A stretch of 63,383 nt of DNA, counting the filler, from Octopus bimaculoides (lineage: Eukaryota), in the NCBI RefSeq assembly GCF_001194135.2. It is 4 parts of 3 records of this genome, joined end to end, with 100 filler letters (N's around TTAATTAATTAA, not from the genome) between each part and the next. Parts side by side here need not be neighbours in the genome. Positions count along the whole stretch, not along the records: positions 61,956 to 63,383 come from NC_068996.1; 3 more parts are not named here. One strand, written 5' to 3'. Below are positions 63,351 to 63,383 of the stretch, in pieces; within the stretch, counting starts at the first letter, position 1, and every line of letters begins with the position of its first letter. Both the position numbers and the translations under genes were made by a program. The notes beneath the pieces were generated by a model. It did not search any database. It was given only the letters and a program-made list of their open reading frames with translations, and was not told the origin of the DNA.

Positions 63351-63383
63351 CTGTGGTGAAAGGAACAAAAGAGGAGTGGAGTT

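Overview
AT-rich, microsatellite- and retroelement-laden animal genomic DNA from a draft assembly with ten N-gaps. The repeat families look like those I recall from Octopus; that assignment is inference. Genes: (1) a plus-strand KCTD1/15-like BTB gene with one clear exon at 52187-52434/52439 and a probable first coding exon at 27227-27317, while the exon for the N-terminal half of the BTB domain is not visible and probably lies in the unsized gap at 27382-27481; (2) a minus-strand gene of unknown function entering from the right (exons 62828-63350 and 60322-60466); (3) weaker minus-strand exon candidates at 20.8 and 18.8 kb. Mobile DNA includes mariner/Tc1 relics, RTE LINE pieces, R4/Dong-like RLE retroelements next to (TAA)n, a gag/ORF1-like relic, several tRNA-SINE families and non-autonomous Helitrons (one head-to-tail dimer). 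The most notable signal is a tRNA-headed SINE family carrying a Penelope-type minimal hammerhead ribozyme core (23136-23171; second copy at 38.7 kb), plus a young TSD-flanked 55-bp perfect fold-back of its tail that breaks at the predicted cleavage site (44.3-44.5 kb). CpG content visibly drops at about 27.4 kb, consistent with gene-body methylation. Most long ORFs in the track are microsatellite or N-gap artefacts.
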